A DNA stretch of 44,468 bases from Bacteroidota bacterium. Lineage in GTDB: Bacteria > Bacteroidota > Bacteroidia > Chitinophagales > Chitinophagaceae. Location of the stretch: NCBI GenBank assembly GCA_037129215.1, contig JBAXVH010000001.1:1-44468 (forward strand), read 5' to 3'. Under the pieces are notes generated by a model. It was not told the DNA's origin and did not search any database. It saw only the letters and a list, made by a program, of their open reading frames with translations. A program made the translations under genes and the position numbers. Below, piece by piece: positions 43,521 to 44,468 of this stretch. Numbering within the stretch: position 1 is the stretch's first letter; each line of letters begins with the position of its first letter.

Positions 43521-43620
43521 AAGAAAACCCGCTCGTACATTTTTCAATGCAGAGGAGCGGGCCATGTTATTTATAGTATAACATTATTCATGGTAACAAT
43601 TGACAGTTGGAGATTTAATC

Positions 43621-43815
43621 ATGCCGAATAAAATTAAAAGAGGGCCTAGTAATGTAGCTTACTTTAAGAATTACTCAGCCCAAGATAAACGTGAAAAGAA
43701 TAAGACTAAGAAAATAGAGAAACATTCAGCTAAGCACCCAGATGATAAACAATCTATTGAACGGAAAGTACCTGATTATGGCGTAGGATGGGAAGGTAGA
43801 AAGAAAAGAGAGTAA
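43621..43815 (+). CDS. Small highly basic protein (64 aa)
   Basis: GGAG RBS before the ATG at 43621; the track start is 43600. Lys/Arg-rich. Confidence 0.5.
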   Translation: MPNKIKRGPSNVAYFKNYSAQDKREKNKTKKIEKHSAKHPDDKQSIERKVPDYGVGWEGRKKRE

Positions 43816-43829
43816 ATATTTAAAAATTA

Positions 43830-43838
43830 TGCTATAAT
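43830..43838 (+). promoter_or_regulatory. Possible extended -10 element (TGcTATAAT) upstream of the tRNA and clpP
   Basis: Intergenic. No convincing -35. Confidence 0.3.
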
Positions 43839-43924
43839 TATATTATGTAGACATACAGAATGAATAATCGTTACGCTTTCGACAGGTCTATAGAAGAGCT
43901 AAGCACCTCTAAAAAATGCTATTT

Positions 43925-44000
43925 GCGCCCGTAGCTCAGTTGGGTAGAGCATTAGCATTGTAGCTGATGGAGGCAGGTTCGAATCCTGCCGGACGCACCA
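43925..44000 (+). tRNA. tRNA-like gene with a non-canonical anticodon arm (closest to tRNA-Thr UGU lacking one loop nucleotide), encoded CCA
   Basis: Acceptor GCGCCCG/CGGACGC (one C:A mismatch), D arm GCTC-AGTTGGGTA-GAGC, T arm GCAGG-TTCGAAT-CCTGC, discriminator A plus CCA. The anticodon stem TTAGC/GCTGA leaves only a 6-nt loop (ATTGTA), or 8 nt if the closing C-G pair opens. Confidence 0.7.
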
Positions 44001-44010
44001 TTTGTATTGT

Positions 44011-44032
44011 ACTAGGAACGAACTAGGAACGC
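44011..44032 (+). repeat. Tandem 11-bp direct repeat ACTAGGAACG(A/C)
   Basis: actaggaacga actaggaacgc lies just 3' of the tRNA. A related cctagaaca follows at about 44056. The AGGAAC core also recurs in the 1.8-2.0 kb region. Confidence 0.6.
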
Positions 44033-44196
44033 TAATCACTTAGAATGGCGCACCAGTCCTAGAACAGACGGGGCGAATCGTCTATAAATAGCGCCCATGG
44101 ATTTTGCAAAATATTATTTTGCATCCACCCTTCAAATTGTCTTGATCATATCAAAATCCGAAAACAAATGCTAAGAATAGTCAAGGAGAATAAAGA

Positions 44197-44468
44197 ATGG
44201 TAGAGACTGCAGCTAGTCATTTAGTTCCAATGGTCGTTGAACAAACCTCTCGCGGGGAGCGGTCTTACGATATATATTCTCGCTTACTAAAAGAACGTAT
44301 TATCTTCTTATTAGGTCAAGTTGAAGATAATATGGCCAATCTAGTCGTTGCCCAATTGTTATTTCTTGAGTCAGAAAACCCAGAAAAAGATATTTTTCTC
44401 TATATCAATTCACCGGGCGGTGTCGTAACGTCAGGTATGGCTATTTATGATACGATGCAATTTATCAA
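44197..44468 (+). CDS. clpP: ClpP, N-terminal part (3'-partial in window; continues at 1..392)
   Basis: [89 protein letters not shown] matches the conserved cellular ClpP N-terminus. Confidence 0.92.
   Translation, partial: MVETAASHLVPMVVEQTSRGERSYDIYSRLLKERIIFLLGQVEDNMANLVVAQLLFLESENPEKDIFLYINSPGGVVTSGMAIYDTMQFI
44414..44468. repeat. Terminal exact repeat, copy 2 (identical to 1..55)
   Basis: See the feature at 1..55. Confidence 0.95.

Noticed and set aside
43528-43561. CCCGCTC ... GAGCGGG hairpin as a terminator after the zinc-ribbon genes
   Set aside because: The stem is 7 bp but the loop is about 20 nt, and no U-run follows. It was not reported as a feature.
44120-44165. Sigma32 heat-shock promoter upstream of clpP (CCCTTCAAA ... 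GATCATAT)
   Set aside because: It only loosely resembles CTTGAAA-N13-14-CCCCATnT, which is too weak to call.

Overview
The window looks like one complete, circularly permuted genome (about 44.4 kb) of an AT-rich tailed phage. Bases 1-55 are identical to 44414-44468, and joining the ends closes a 202-aa cellular-type clpP ORF. Rightward (+) transcription runs from about 42.55 kb through three zinc-ribbon mini-genes, a tRNA, clpP and a secreted M48 peptidase. It then crosses a 0.9-kb ORF-free structured region and the full packaging/head/tail/ejection module (terS, terL, portal, GroES-like protein, scaffold, capsid, beta-helix protein, two paralogous tail fibres, three large internal proteins), ending near 24.62 kb. 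No tape-measure, tube or sheath genes are visible, so podovirus-like morphology is inferred. Leftward (-) transcription runs from about 42.54 kb through a HAD phosphatase, a terminated small-RNA unit, the lysis cassette, and a T7-like replisome without a phage RNA polymerase (primase, DnaB-like helicase, HNH homing endonuclease, family-A polymerase, SSB-like protein, FEN, PhoH, exonuclease). It ends in an accessory cassette encoding an SbmA/BacA-like membrane protein and a ClpX-like unfoldase that lacks the zinc-binding domain. Eight minus-strand promoters fit TTGAC(A/T)-N17-TAnnnT exactly, and plus-strand promoters share an extended -10 (TGaTATAAT). No integrase or repressor was seen. The most notable points are: a phage-borne proteostasis set (ClpP, IGF-loop-bearing ClpX-like ATPase next to a transporter-like membrane protein, GroES-like co-chaperonin, two M48 peptidases); three large GC-elevated non-coding regions (candidate ncRNA/origin/regulatory DNA); a promoter-RNA-terminator unit upstream of the lysis genes resembling lambda pR'/6S/tR'; a tRNA with a non-canonical anticodon loop; a decayed homing endonuclease carrying a duplicated phoH 5' end; and a GC-shifted tail-fibre tip cassette. 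All family assignments were made by eye from motifs and need profile searches.
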